In this document: positions 27,955 to 37,888 of the stretch, one piece after another
Numbering within the stretch: the stretch's first letter is position 1
How the letters are laid out: the number at the start of each line of letters is the position of its first letter
NCBI GenBank assembly: GCA_020632075.1
Contig: JACKGH010000001.1
Span: 665,778 to 729,777 of the forward strand
Reading direction: 5' to 3'
Length of the DNA stretch: 64,000 nt
DNA from: Candidatus Nomurabacteria bacterium
Lineage (GTDB): Bacteria > Patescibacteriota > Minisyncoccia > Phycocordibacterales > UBA918
Program-made: the position numbers and the translations under genes
Notes under the pieces: model-generated
Seen by the model: only the letters and a program-made list of their open reading frames with translations
What the model was told of the DNA's origin: nothing
The model's database searches: none

Positions 27955-28749
27955 TTACCGAACCTGGTACACCAAGGTCACCTGAGCAGTCGTAGTCTCT
28001 TCCCCAACCGGCATCTCAGCCCCACCAAAACCAGCCTCTTCCGCCATATCATCCATAGCCATTGCGCGTGACTGGTAGAACATCGGCGCATATCCACCAT
28101 TCTCAGAGTAGCCAGACAATCGTACGATCTCTACCCCAAGCTGAGCCGCTAATACTTCTGCCTTTGCTTGCGCATCAGCAATAGCAAGTGCTCGTGCTTC
28201 TGCTTGGATCGCTTCTGGCTCATCGATTGTGAATCGTAAATCACTAATGTTAGTAGCTCCACGTTCACCAACACCAGCGATGAGCGCACCAGCCTTATCG
28301 GTCTGACGAACTCTAACTGTTACTGACTGAGTCGCCTCATACCCATCTTCTACGCGCTCACCTGGAGGACAATATGATCCAACTGGACACAAACGTTCTT
28401 CATAGCGCCAGCGAGGGTACAAATTGTAGTTTTGTACCTTAACATCCTTATCCTCAATTTCTTGCTCCCGCAGGTAAGCCAAAATATCATTGATTTTTGT
28501 ACCAGAAATTTCTTGTGCTTCAGCAGCTGTCTCTCCTTGAGCAGTGACTGAAAAAGTAAACTGGCCAAGATCTGGCTTCGCTTCAACCTCACCCTCACCC
28601 ATCACCTGAATAGTAGCCGGGGCTGGATTCAAGAAATCAACTTTTGCAAAGTTCAGTATTGCATACGAAAACAATGCAAGCACTGCCATAAGCAACACAA
28701 GCATACCTAATACACGAGTATGCATTGCGTTAAAAAAACCATCGTTCAT
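27955..28749 (-). CDS. SIMPL-domain (DUF541) secreted protein
   Basis: Signal anchor, then the SIMPL pattern (...GYEATQSVTVRV...TAQVTLVYQV). Confidence 0.75.
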   Translation of the reverse strand: MNDGFFNAMHTRVLGMLVLLMAVLALFSYAILNFAKVDFLNPAPATIQVMGEGEVEAKPDLGQFTFSVTAQGETAAEAQEISGTKINDILAYLREQEIEDKDVKVQNYNLYPRWRYEERLCPVGSYCPPGERVEDGYEATQSVTVRVRQTDKAGALIAGVGERGATNISDLRFTIDEPEAIQAEARALAIADAQAKAEVLAAQLGVEIVRLSGYSENGGYAPMFYQSRAMAMDDMAEEAGFGGAEMPVGEETTTAQVTLVYQVR

Positions 28750-28760
28750 ACAGATAAAAT

Positions 28761-29705
28761 TTAAAATGCTGCTAACTTCTCCCTGATCACTCGCCGCACT
28801 GATTGGCCAAACGATTCTTCATACCCACATACTGTATAGTATGCTGCCAGATCATCTGCCGACAAGGTCGGTGTCGAGCTATTTTCTTCAAGTAAATAGT
28901 ACATGAGGGATGACTCTCCTTCAACATGATCGATACCAAGTGCATGGCCAAATTCATGTGCCAACACCGTCACCAGCTCAGCTTCTGATGAGAACTTGTA
29001 GATGTTTATTTCATCAAGCTGATAGTCTCCTTGCGTGAATTCTCGCTCAAATCCGAATTGCTGATTGTACCGAGCAACGCCCTGATTGTACGAAGAGACA
29101 AGCTGATTCCCTCGTTCACTAAGCTCATTGATACGATTTGCAAGTGAGTTTAGTTCGGTTGCAGTGGTAGACAACTGATCAGCAGATTTACTTAATGCAA
29201 CACGTTCCTCCTCAAGCGTCTCGAATACCTCTGGCGGCGCTCCCCCACGATCGTTATACTTCGTTACTTCAGCATTGTAACGAGCCAGGCGCGACTCATA
29301 CTCAGCCGCTCGATTCTCGTAATTTTTCTTTAGCGACTCATATTCAGACTGTAGCTGTGCGACGGTCGCCAAGACCTCATCATTCTTCTCCCGTTGTGCA
29401 TCGAGCGCTGCTCGTTGTGCCGCTTCTGAATCAGCTGCCGCCTGTCGCTCATCAAATACAAAGTTTACCGGAAAGGCCGCACTAGGATCATACTGGAACA
29501 AGTCTCGCCCTACCGCTTCTTCCCACACAGCTTCGGCAGCAGCTATCTGCGTCAAAGCAGCTTCTTCAGACAACTCAAACGATGGATCGAGTGTCCCCAG
29601 TCGATAGGAAAGCGGCACCGGGCACACTGCCGCTGCTGACTGATACCAGTACACCCCCACACCAAAGAAGACGATCAGGAGTGCGATGAAAAATTGGACA
29701 CGCAT
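28761..29705 (-). CDS. Membrane-anchored metzincin-type zinc metalloprotease with coiled-coil insert
   Basis: HEFGHALGIDH (HExxHxxGxxH) and a downstream Met-turn candidate (SLMYY). Confidence 0.7.
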   Translation of the reverse strand: MRVQFFIALLIVFFGVGVYWYQSAAAVCPVPLSYRLGTLDPSFELSEEAALTQIAAAEAVWEEAVGRDLFQYDPSAAFPVNFVFDERQAAADSEAAQRAALDAQREKNDEVLATVAQLQSEYESLKKNYENRAAEYESRLARYNAEVTKYNDRGGAPPEVFETLEEERVALSKSADQLSTTATELNSLANRINELSERGNQLVSSYNQGVARYNQQFGFEREFTQGDYQLDEINIYKFSSEAELVTVLAHEFGHALGIDHVEGESSLMYYLLEENSSTPTLSADDLAAYYTVCGYEESFGQSVRRVIREKLAAF

Positions 29706-29911
29706 AGGTTACCTACATAATCATATCAAAAGCAGAAATACAAACGGCGCCCAGCGGGGACTGCGTAGTCGCGATACGTAGTCCCTGGTGGGCGCCGCTA
29801 TGCGAGCGTGAAGCTCGTTATAGAAACATGTTCGCAAGAGCGTAGCTCTTACGTGCTCACATTGTACCTTATTTTGCATCCAACAAGGAAAAAGCTGTGC
29901 ACAACTGCATG

Positions 29912-30304
29912 CTACCCCAAGATATTTTCAGTATTGGCTCCTGGCGCCACATCGTACACCTCAGTCAAAGTCACTCGGATCAACCCGTGCAAGGTTCGAT
30001 CAGGAAAGCGCTCTTTCATTTGAATGATCGCTGCTTCATAGGCTGGCCCATGTGTTTCATACGTTGCAATCCCCTTCAGTTGCACGCCAACAAAATCTCG
30101 CCAACAGGCGACTGCTACCGCTTCGTCGGTCTGCACATTTTCTTTGGTCTTGTGCATAAAAAAATCATACAGAAACAATTCATTTCCGATCAGCTGCCAC
30201 ACCGAGACGGGCACCACATTGATCCCGTGCGGACCAGTAGTCGCCAACACCATCGACTGCGCCCCCATGATCACTTCTTGGAGTTTTTTCTTCATTAGAT
30301 ACAT
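29912..30304 (-). CDS. Pyridoxamine 5'-phosphate oxidase-like FMN-binding protein
   Basis: 130-aa split-barrel pattern (MVLATTGPHGINVVPVS...). Confidence 0.7.
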   Translation of the reverse strand: MYLMKKKLQEVIMGAQSMVLATTGPHGINVVPVSVWQLIGNELFLYDFFMHKTKENVQTDEAVAVACWRDFVGVQLKGIATYETHGPAYEAAIIQMKERFPDRTLHGLIRVTLTEVYDVAPGANTENILG

Positions 30305-30403
30305 TGTATTAAATGAGTAAATGAGCGCAAGCGACTATTACGAATTTAGTTCTCAATTCGCCCCTTCCCTAGGGCGAATTGCTAGAACATACGAATCCAA
30401 CGC

Positions 30404-30435
30404 AAAACACGGCGGCCCTTCGGGCCGCCGTGTTT
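30404..30435. terminator. Bidirectional terminator after nrdA
   Basis: aaaacacggcggccc-ttcg-ggccgccgtgttt. Confidence 0.7.
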
Positions 30436-30444
30436 ACATCATAC

Positions 30445-32139
30445 TTACTTCTCCAAATTCTCTCGATCTTTCTCTGCCAACTTCTTGCGCGCCATCTGCT
30501 GTGCCGCGTTCATTGAGTGTTGGTAGTACAAACTCTTTACACCTTGCTTCCACGCCTTGATGTAGAGTTGATTGATATCCTTGGCTGGAATGTCTGGTGG
30601 CACCATCACGTTGAGTGACTGCCCTTGGTCGATGTACTGCTGTCGATCCCCTGCCTGATCAATGATCTTACCCTGGTGGATTTCAGGGAACGTACGGTAC
30701 ACCGCCTTCTCTTCCTCGCTCAAGAAATCAAGATGCTGCACTGATCCGTCATTGTCGCGGATACTATCCCAGACGTGCTTCACGTCCTGCTCCTTTTCTG
30801 CGAGCAACTTCTGGAGGTTTGGATTTTTGATCGTTACCTTCATCTTCGCTACGTCCTTCACGTAGCAGTTAGACCAGATCGGTTCGATTCCCTGTGATAC
30901 CTGTCCGAGAATAAATGCAGAAGAAGTCGTCGGTGCGATCGCCAAGAGAGTCGTATTGCGACGTCCGTATCCCTTGAGGATCTCTGGCTCACCAAGCTCT
31001 TTTGCAAGTTCCTTAGTAGCTGCTTCTGCTTTTTCAAACATAAGCTTGAAGACTTCTTTGTTGAGTTCAGCTGCCTCATCACTCTCAAACGGCAAGTTCT
31101 TTGCCTGGAGGAGTGAGTGGTACCCAAGTACCCCGAGTCCAAGCGCGCGGTTTGCTTTTGCAAAGGCGTGCGCGCGTGACATGAATTCAAACGCTCGTCG
31201 CTTCTCCGGATCCTCACTATCACGCATCGCCTCAAGCTTCAAAATAAAGTCTTCCATTACTGCATCAAGGAACGCGATCATGGTCTCAATCAGATCAGTA
31301 TCTTTCCAATCGTGGTAGTGCAGCAAGTTGACTGACGAGAGACAGCACACGAATGACCAATCTTCCTTGCTTGGGAGCATGATCTCGCTACACATGTTTG
31401 AGGCGTAGATCTTGAGGTCTTTATCTTTATATACTTCCGGCCGCACCTTGTTGGCGTTGTCGGTATACATGATGTATGGATACCCCATTTCACCACGACG
31501 CTGAATGATACGAGCCCAGATCTTGCGCTTGTCCTCATCGCCGTCGATCATTTCTTCCATCCACTTGTCCCCTACCGTGACCCCGTGGGTGAGTTTCTGG
31601 ATCGGATTACCTTCGGTACCAATATCAAGGAACTCCATAATATCTGGATGTTCAGCTGGCAAGTACGGCGAGAAGTGCCCACGGCGTACTGAACCTTGAC
31701 TCACCACGTCCACGAGTGTCTCGAAGAGCTGCATGAAGTGTACTGAACCAGACGAGTGGCCATTGCCACCAGAGATACCAGCACCACGCTCGCGCACTGC
31801 ACCGAAGTACCCAGAACAACCGCCACCAAACTTACTCATCATGCCCACCTCAGCATTGGTAAAGAGGATGCTACCCATATTGTCGTCGACGTATGAACCG
31901 AAACAACTGATCGGCAGACCTTTATCAATACCGAAGTTAGACCACACTGGCGATGCGAGTGAGATCCATCCCTTCGACATATATTCGTAGAATTTGTCCG
32001 CAAAACCTTTGCGTCCAAGAATCTCTTCAGCTTTGTCAGCGATCACCTTGATGCGATCCTCTGCCGTTTGGCCTTCGGCTAAATATCCTCGGGCTAAAAA
32101 CGCGCGACTATTTTCGTTCAGCCAGTACCAGGGTTCCAT
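30445..32139 (-). CDS. nrdA: Class I ribonucleotide reductase alpha subunit lacking an ATP cone
   Basis: NMCSEIMLP, the C-terminal Tyr pair (SLYYQ), and a PFL-like barrel; 564 aa with no N-terminal cone. Confidence 0.9.
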   Translation of the reverse strand: MEPWYWLNENSRAFLARGYLAEGQTAEDRIKVIADKAEEILGRKGFADKFYEYMSKGWISLASPVWSNFGIDKGLPISCFGSYVDDNMGSILFTNAEVGMMSKFGGGCSGYFGAVRERGAGISGGNGHSSGSVHFMQLFETLVDVVSQGSVRRGHFSPYLPAEHPDIMEFLDIGTEGNPIQKLTHGVTVGDKWMEEMIDGDEDKRKIWARIIQRRGEMGYPYIMYTDNANKVRPEVYKDKDLKIYASNMCSEIMLPSKEDWSFVCCLSSVNLLHYHDWKDTDLIETMIAFLDAVMEDFILKLEAMRDSEDPEKRRAFEFMSRAHAFAKANRALGLGVLGYHSLLQAKNLPFESDEAAELNKEVFKLMFEKAEAATKELAKELGEPEILKGYGRRNTTLLAIAPTTSSAFILGQVSQGIEPIWSNCYVKDVAKMKVTIKNPNLQKLLAEKEQDVKHVWDSIRDNDGSVQHLDFLSEEEKAVYRTFPEIHQGKIIDQAGDRQQYIDQGQSLNVMVPPDIPAKDINQLYIKAWKQGVKSLYYQHSMNAAQQMARKKLAEKDRENLEK

Positions 32140-32189
32140 AGATGTACAGAAAATTTATTCGTTACTAAAGTTGCGACAGTATACAAGAC

Positions 32190-33503
32190 CTAGAAGAGGT
32201 CATCACTAGTGACACTCGCTGATCGTTTGTTGTAATTGATCGAACGCTTGTGGAAGAAGTCGACATGCTTGGTTGCGATCACTTCGTTGTCGAACCAGTC
32301 AGTCTCATCGAGCAGCGCCTCGCTTACCTCGAAGATGCGTGGCAAACCAATCGCAACCAATGAATTATTGAGACGATTCTTCACAAACTCCTTTACATTT
32401 GCAGCAGGCATAAAGTCGAGTTCGCCTTGTTCGAAGATCCAGTCAATAATCGCTTCCTCTGCTTCATATGCGTCTTCACATGCCTTGATCAGGGTCTTGG
32501 TGCACTTTTCATCAAACCATTCTGGATGCTCCTTCTTGATGATATTGATCACATCAATTCCAAAGAGACCATGAATTTGCTCTTCCTTTGAGGTTGCTTC
32601 CACTGCGTTACTGATACCCTTGAACAAGTTCTTGTGCTTGTTGAAGCTCATCATGATGAGGAACTGTGAGAAAAGCGATACATGCTCAACAAACAGTGCA
32701 AAGAGCAGGATCGCATGAGCATATTCCCGGTTTTCACTATTCTTTGAGAGCTCGATCACCTTTTCCAAGTAATCCATTCGATTCTGAATGACTGGAATGT
32801 CTTTGATCTTCTTGAACTCATCGTTGAGACCAAGGATCTCCAAGAGGTGTGAGTAGGCATCGGTGTGACGAACCTCAGACTCTGCGAAGGTAGCACCAAC
32901 TGCACCGATCTCTGGCTTTGGCAGCTTCTTGTAGATATCGCCCCAGAAGGTCTTCACAGCAACCTCGATCTGCGCAATCGCAAGCATAGAATTGCGGATG
33001 GCATTTTGTTCTGCCGGAGTGACATTCACATGAAAATCTTGGATATCGGAGGTGAAATTGAATTCAGTGTGAAGCCAGTAAGAGTGCCGAATGGCATCTA
33101 CGTATTCGTACAGCTCAGGATATTCATACGGCTTGAGGTTTTGCCGCTTGGCAAAAATATCCCGTTCGCGCATTTTTTTGCGCTCGTTACGGTAAATGAT
33201 GTATGCCTTAGCAGTATCATAGTAATCCTTTTCCATCAGGGCCTGTTCAACCAGATCCTGGATCTCTTCCACAGCAGGATTACCATCGATACACTTCTTG
33301 GCGAGTGGGTCATCGGGTGCGGCAGTACCAGCCTGCACACACATCGCGACTACTTTTTGATGGGCCAACTCCGCGACATCTTTAGCAGCGTCTCGATTCC
33401 CTTCCCCGGTCTCTGCCAGGGCCTTAGCTATCGCATTTTCAATTTTTACGATATCAAAAGGTTGGATCGAGCCGTCACGCTTTCGGATATTTTGGATCTC
33501 CAT
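32190..33503 (-). CDS. nrdB: Class I RNR beta (radical-generating, ferritin-like) subunit with N-terminal ATP-cone domain
   Basis: N-terminal IRKRDGSIQPFDIVKIENAI (ATP cone), then the metal ligands EVRH, EHVS and EEQIHG of R2. Confidence 0.85.
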   Translation of the reverse strand: MEIQNIRKRDGSIQPFDIVKIENAIAKALAETGEGNRDAAKDVAELAHQKVVAMCVQAGTAAPDDPLAKKCIDGNPAVEEIQDLVEQALMEKDYYDTAKAYIIYRNERKKMRERDIFAKRQNLKPYEYPELYEYVDAIRHSYWLHTEFNFTSDIQDFHVNVTPAEQNAIRNSMLAIAQIEVAVKTFWGDIYKKLPKPEIGAVGATFAESEVRHTDAYSHLLEILGLNDEFKKIKDIPVIQNRMDYLEKVIELSKNSENREYAHAILLFALFVEHVSLFSQFLIMMSFNKHKNLFKGISNAVEATSKEEQIHGLFGIDVINIIKKEHPEWFDEKCTKTLIKACEDAYEAEEAIIDWIFEQGELDFMPAANVKEFVKNRLNNSLVAIGLPRIFEVSEALLDETDWFDNEVIATKHVDFFHKRSINYNKRSASVTSDDLF

Positions 33504-33960
33504 AGCAAATCTTAACTAATTTCGTGTTGGTTACGAGTAATCACTTTTTCGGATGATTGCGGACAGGCATAATTGGTGGAAGACAACACCAGTCGGTATG
33601 TACCAACTGATCAATTAGGTCCACGCGCAATCAAGGTCGCGACAAACACACCGCCATGTATTTTTATGGCTCATGAACTCTTCTTGGCTTAAGAGGAGTC
33701 GGTGTGTCTTACCTCCGACACACGATACTTCGTGTGGTTACCCCATCTTACCACCCTATACGTTTTTCATCAGAGACTGACACACCGATAAATAAGGGTA
33801 TTTTCGCGGTTGCGCGCTAGAATCTGTGGATAACTAGTGCACAGCAAAAATAGAAATTATGAATACACTTTTGCCAATATATACAGGCGATTTATTTTGT
33901 TTCACATTCATGAGTTTTCTTGACAATACGTTTGTAGATACCATTTTTTACAAGGGAAAT
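33504..33960 (-). promoter_or_regulatory. Long (about 455-nt) structured 5' leader of nrdB-nrdA with ACAC...GTGT palindromes
   Basis: No ORF; it contains ACACGAAGTATCGTGT and GTGTGTC-n8-GACACAC inverted repeats. Confidence 0.3.
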
Positions 33961-33995
33961 GTAAAACCGGCGGGCCCGAAGGGCCACCAGTTTCT
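33961..33995 (-). terminator. Terminator of mscL (imperfect hairpin plus U-tract on minus strand)
   Basis: aaactggtggccc-ttcg-ggcccgccggtttt. Confidence 0.55.
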
Positions 33996-34008
33996 CAACG
34001 AAGAGCAT

Positions 34009-34401
34009 TTATCGCTTCAAACTATCGCGGATCTCACGAAGTAGCTTCACCTCTTCAGACGGTTCCGCTGGCTTCTCTGGTTCTGGTGCCTTTTCTTCTT
34101 CCATAGCACCCTGTGCCTTATTAATAGCCTTCACCACAACAAAGATCGCAAGTGCGATGATGATAAAATCAACTACAGACTGAATGAATGCTCCGTACGC
34201 AACGGTCGCATCCCCCACCATAACTGACATGCCAGAGAAGTCCTTGCCTCCAAGGAGCACTCCAACAAGCGGCATAATGATACTGTCGACAAGTGCAGAC
34301 ACGATCTTGCCAAATGCAGCACCAATAACGACTGCAACAGCTAGATCGACCACATTGCCCTTCATGGCAAAAGCCTTGAATTCATTAATAAATCCCTTCA
34401 T
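34009..34401 (-). CDS. mscL: Large-conductance mechanosensitive channel
   Basis: [34 protein letters not shown]. Confidence 0.9.
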   Translation of the reverse strand: MKGFINEFKAFAMKGNVVDLAVAVVIGAAFGKIVSALVDSIIMPLVGVLLGGKDFSGMSVMVGDATVAYGAFIQSVVDFIIIALAIFVVVKAINKAQGAMEEEKAPEPEKPAEPSEEVKLLREIRDSLKR

Positions 34402-34448
34402 ACGTATTTACCTTACGTTACTAAATATATAAAAGTATAGCTCAGTTT

Positions 34449-35588
34449 TTAGTGACTGTGACCATGTCCGTGTGCGCAGGGCGATGTTTCGGGCTCTTCG
34501 TCAACTTTATGCTTGCTGAAGTACCAGGCAGCTACTGCGGTAGTAGCAGGCACTGCAAGCATCAAACCAATACTACCTACCAAAATGCGCACGATCTCAG
34601 CCGCCACCACTTCTTGATTGACCGAAAGCAGAAGTGAACTCTCAGCGCGCACATACAATAGTATGAGTGGCAGTGACACCCCAACATACGCCAGCGCGAG
34701 CGTATTTACGAGCGATCCAATATGATCACGACCAACGGTGATCGCCCGCTGATATAGATCACTGAACTGAAATGCTGGATTAGCGTGTTTCAACTGTTCA
34801 ACCACTGACGCCTGCGTGATCGACACATCATCAAGGACACCCAAGATACCGATGATGATGCTCCCAAGAAGCAATCCGGCGAGATCAAGTGAACCATTAG
34901 TGGCGAAGTTTAAGTACACCGATGCATCTGAACCAAAACCAGACAAGCGCATGGTCGTGGTAGAGAGCCACGCAATGAGACACGTGACCACCACCGCACT
35001 AAATGTACCCACAAACGCAATGATCGAGCGTGGTGTAAAGCCATGTGTCCCGAAAAGCACCAGCGCGAGAATGCCGCCGGCAATGACCACGCTCGCGAGC
35101 ACAGGATCGTACCCTGCCAAAAGCGCTGGCATAAGCAGGAAGAAGATCGCAAAGATGCTCGCTGCGAGCGATAGCAGCGCTCGCACTCCCTGCCACCGCG
35201 CCAAGACAAGCAGCAAAATCACAAACAAACCAGCCAAAATTGCCAAGACTGGCCGCCGTTCAAAGTCTGCGTAGGTAATATACTCATCACCGGAAATGGT
35301 CACGGTACGATTCACAAAGATATGATCCCCGGCTTCAAGCGGCACAAACTCATGCTCAAAACGCACCACTTCCCCAGCTCGTTCACCTTCACGCAGTACT
35401 GCACGTACTTCCTGGACGGTTGCAAATGCATCCGTACCCGTGATCTCACGTTCATGCTCACTGACGATCTCAAGCACATCTGCTCGCACCTGTTCTTTGA
35501 AATCTTGATGCACTTCCTGTGCATCAGCACCAAACGGCAGCCACAGGAAAAGTAGTATGCACCATTTAGAAAATGAGTTTTGCCACAT
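34449..35588 (-). CDS. YibE/F-family membrane protein with C-terminal His-rich tail
   Basis: Signal peptide, a soluble domain, then about 8 TM helices collinear with YibE/F; ends CAHGHGHSH. Confidence 0.7.
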   Translation of the reverse strand: MWQNSFSKWCILLFLWLPFGADAQEVHQDFKEQVRADVLEIVSEHEREITGTDAFATVQEVRAVLREGERAGEVVRFEHEFVPLEAGDHIFVNRTVTISGDEYITYADFERRPVLAILAGLFVILLLVLARWQGVRALLSLAASIFAIFFLLMPALLAGYDPVLASVVIAGGILALVLFGTHGFTPRSIIAFVGTFSAVVVTCLIAWLSTTTMRLSGFGSDASVYLNFATNGSLDLAGLLLGSIIIGILGVLDDVSITQASVVEQLKHANPAFQFSDLYQRAITVGRDHIGSLVNTLALAYVGVSLPLILLYVRAESSLLLSVNQEVVAAEIVRILVGSIGLMLAVPATTAVAAWYFSKHKVDEEPETSPCAHGHGHSH

Positions 35589-35781
35589 AAAAACCAACTC
35601 CGGCGCCAAGCACGAAGGTGAAAAAGAGGGTTACTAGCAATGATGGCTGATCCATACTGAGTAGTATACCCGAGGTACTATAACGAGCCCTCGACTTTTG
35701 CCGAAAAAATAGGTATAAATACTGCCACCACGGCCGGCGGCGAGTGGGAGCCTCCGCTCTCCGCCGCCGGCCTCGGCACCT

Positions 35782-35854
35782 GGCGGCTATAGTATAACGG
35801 TTAGTGCATCGGTTTGTGGTACCGAAAGTTCGGGTTCGATTCCCGGTAGCCGCC
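35782..35854 (+). tRNA. tRNA-His (GTG) with encoded G-1
   Basis: G-1/C73 pairing, anticodon loop TTGTGGT, T-loop GTTCGATTCC; a GC-rich hairpin lies just upstream. Confidence 0.85.
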
Positions 35855-36052
35855 CAGCATTTTGAAGATTATTTTACAGAGCTTTTCTGGATACCCTACT
35901 GAGAGGATCGAACTAGGTTAAACATAGTCTACTCCCTGCTTAGGTATTCCTATTTTAAGAAAAGCTGGTATAGTGTAATTAATGACGTAAATCTTGTGTG
36001 GAGCTCAATGCGAGTAAGTGTCGTTGTTCCGGCATCGAAACATGAGGTGTCA

Positions 36053-36082
36053 TGAAGAAAGCCCTACGGGGCTTTTCTTCGT
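36053..36082. terminator. Terminator after the DUF3800 gene
   Basis: gaagaaagcccc-tacg-gggcttttcttc. Confidence 0.5.
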
Positions 36083-36083
36083 T

Positions 36084-36704
36084 CTACTGTCCAAAATTCT
36101 TTCTAGGGAACTTCACTGACGTAGCAATGTTTATACTTTTATACAAATTTGTTTTCCCGTATTTGTATCTTTGGAAAATTGTATTTGCATAAAAATCTGC
36201 CAACTGTATAAGCCTAATTTGTTTCGAATCATTATAGCTAAGATGTTGCAATTTGAACGGATACTGCTCTTTCTCTATTCTAAGTCTAAGGTAGTTTTGT
36301 AAATTATGCTGTGTTGTAACCTTAACTGTTCTGTCATCAAAAAATATGCAAATATCTTCGGTATTACCATTGAAAATCTCCTCAAACAAAAAACCACACA
36401 TGTAGTTAAATAATGTGTTTTTGTCTTCAAAAAGACCTCTTTTCCATATCTGTTCCTTGTCTAACACCAGATAGTGAACTTTATGGTCGTTTGTTTTAGT
36501 GAGCGTGTTTAGGAACACTTGCCTCTCTGGGAAAGACAACTTTGATGCCTTTATTTCTTCTAAAGAATTATTTTTCAGATATTCCTTTAGGAAATTTTTT
36601 ATCCTATTTTTTCCAGTCACCTCAACGGCTGAAATAACAAAGTATCTGTTTTTACTTTGGGGACCCAGATCACCAGATTCATCTACATAGAATGTTCTCA
36701 CCAC
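36084..36704 (-). CDS. DUF3800-domain protein in low-GC context
   Basis: N-terminal FYVDESGDLG and C-terminal IQLADFYAN signatures of DUF3800; the gene and flanks are markedly AT-rich compared with their neighbours. Confidence 0.75.
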   Translation of the reverse strand: MVRTFYVDESGDLGPQSKNRYFVISAVEVTGKNRIKNFLKEYLKNNSLEEIKASKLSFPERQVFLNTLTKTNDHKVHYLVLDKEQIWKRGLFEDKNTLFNYMCGFLFEEIFNGNTEDICIFFDDRTVKVTTQHNLQNYLRLRIEKEQYPFKLQHLSYNDSKQIRLIQLADFYANTIFQRYKYGKTNLYKSINIATSVKFPRKNFGQ

Positions 36705-36970
36705 CAGATAATAATCTTATGGGTGAGATAAATCAAACCTTGTGAATTCAGGAATAAAGATAGTCGTATCGTTCTTGGTCTCAAACACAGTTCGAACGTC
36801 CTCTACGACGTCGCCCATCATAAAATCTCTTTTATTTTCAATGCTTTTTATTTGTGCCTACTGTCAGTAGTGGAACCAAGTATTTACAAATAGAAATTTT
36901 CTTATATTGTTCAACCAGCTTTCGGTCGCATTTGACCAAACAAGTTCAACGAAATCTGGGGGTGAGCAAA

Positions 36971-37348
36971 ATGCCAACCGTACTCCTGCAATACCATGAC
37001 CGTAAAGAGGTCGGTATGAAAATATTACTCGATACACTTGCAGAGAACCTGCCGAGGATTGTAGCAGAACAAATGAACATTCCCGGCCGTGAGCTGCACG
37101 ACGGCGGCGTGAGTGAGCAAGAGATACTCTTTGACGCTCAACCGTACTCAAAGTACGCCCGTAACACAAACGGGTTGCAAATCACTGTGCGTGCCCATCG
37201 TTTTGAAGAGCGCTTGGCTCGTATCGACGAGATGGCTGAGGCGATCAAAGAAGGTGTTGTTAAGTTCCTGCGCAGGCGTAGAATCGAACACACACTCAAG
37301 ATCGCTGTAGAGGTCGATCTGGTCGATATGGGATACGCAACCACCTAA
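36971..37348 (+). CDS. Tautomerase-superfamily-like protein (Pro-1 after Met)
   Basis: Starts MPTVLLQYH...; about 125 aa; weak similarity to long tautomerases (CHMI/MIF-like). Confidence 0.45.
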   Translation: MPTVLLQYHDRKEVGMKILLDTLAENLPRIVAEQMNIPGRELHDGGVSEQEILFDAQPYSKYARNTNGLQITVRAHRFEERLARIDEMAEAIKEGVVKFLRRRRIEHTLKIAVEVDLVDMGYATT

Positions 37349-37368
37349 ACCCTGAAGGAGGCAATAAG

Positions 37369-37719
37369 ATGCCCGTGATCAAAGTATGGTGTCTTCCTGA
37401 ATCGGAAGAAGCAAAGCTCAACGAGCTCCATCAGGGTATCGTGCGTGCAGTCGCGAGTGTACCCGAGATTGGCGTGAGTGATGAGAAAGACATCACCTGC
37501 CTCTTCCCCACTGACATGATGAAATACGGGCTTGGCACCGAGATCATTGTGGAGGTCACTGGCCTCTACGACAAACCCGAGCGTACCGAAGAAGTCCGCA
37601 ATCAGCTCGCAGCCCGTATCGGCGAAGCGGTACACTCTCAGTACCCCGATACGGAACTGGTGGAATGCTTCGTGTCCCCATTCAATCCAGCACAGGGATT
37701 TTGGTCTTCGAGACAGTAG
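37369..37719 (+). CDS. Tautomerase-superfamily-like protein (Pro-1)
   Basis: MPVIKVWCLPESEEAKLNELHQGIVRAVASV...EIIVEV resembles the 4-OT/tautomerase beta-alpha-beta pattern. Confidence 0.5.
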   Translation: MPVIKVWCLPESEEAKLNELHQGIVRAVASVPEIGVSDEKDITCLFPTDMMKYGLGTEIIVEVTGLYDKPERTEEVRNQLAARIGEAVHSQYPDTELVECFVSPFNPAQGFWSSRQ

Positions 37720-37738
37720 ATCAGCCCTGCGTGACTAA

Positions 37739-37780
37739 TAGCCACCCTTTTCGTTTCTGTGAAAGGGTGGCTTTTTTTAT
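37739..37780 (+). terminator. Classic rho-independent terminator
   Basis: agccaccctttt-cgtttctgtg-aaagggtggct plus ttttttta. Confidence 0.8.
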
Positions 37781-37888
37781 TTCATAATAATCCGAGCCTC
37801 CTCCAACTACCCCACTGTCATCTCCTCAAACTTCGACCTCTCAAAGAAAACGGGAGGATATCAGATCGAAGTTGCCTGACTCGATCTT

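Noticed and set aside
35897-35933. GTTCGATCC-containing segment just downstream of tRNA-His as a tRNA fragment or att site
   Set aside because: It cannot be folded into a T-arm plus acceptor stem and has no similarity to the tRNA-His 3' end. It is probably a chance match in AT-rich spacer.
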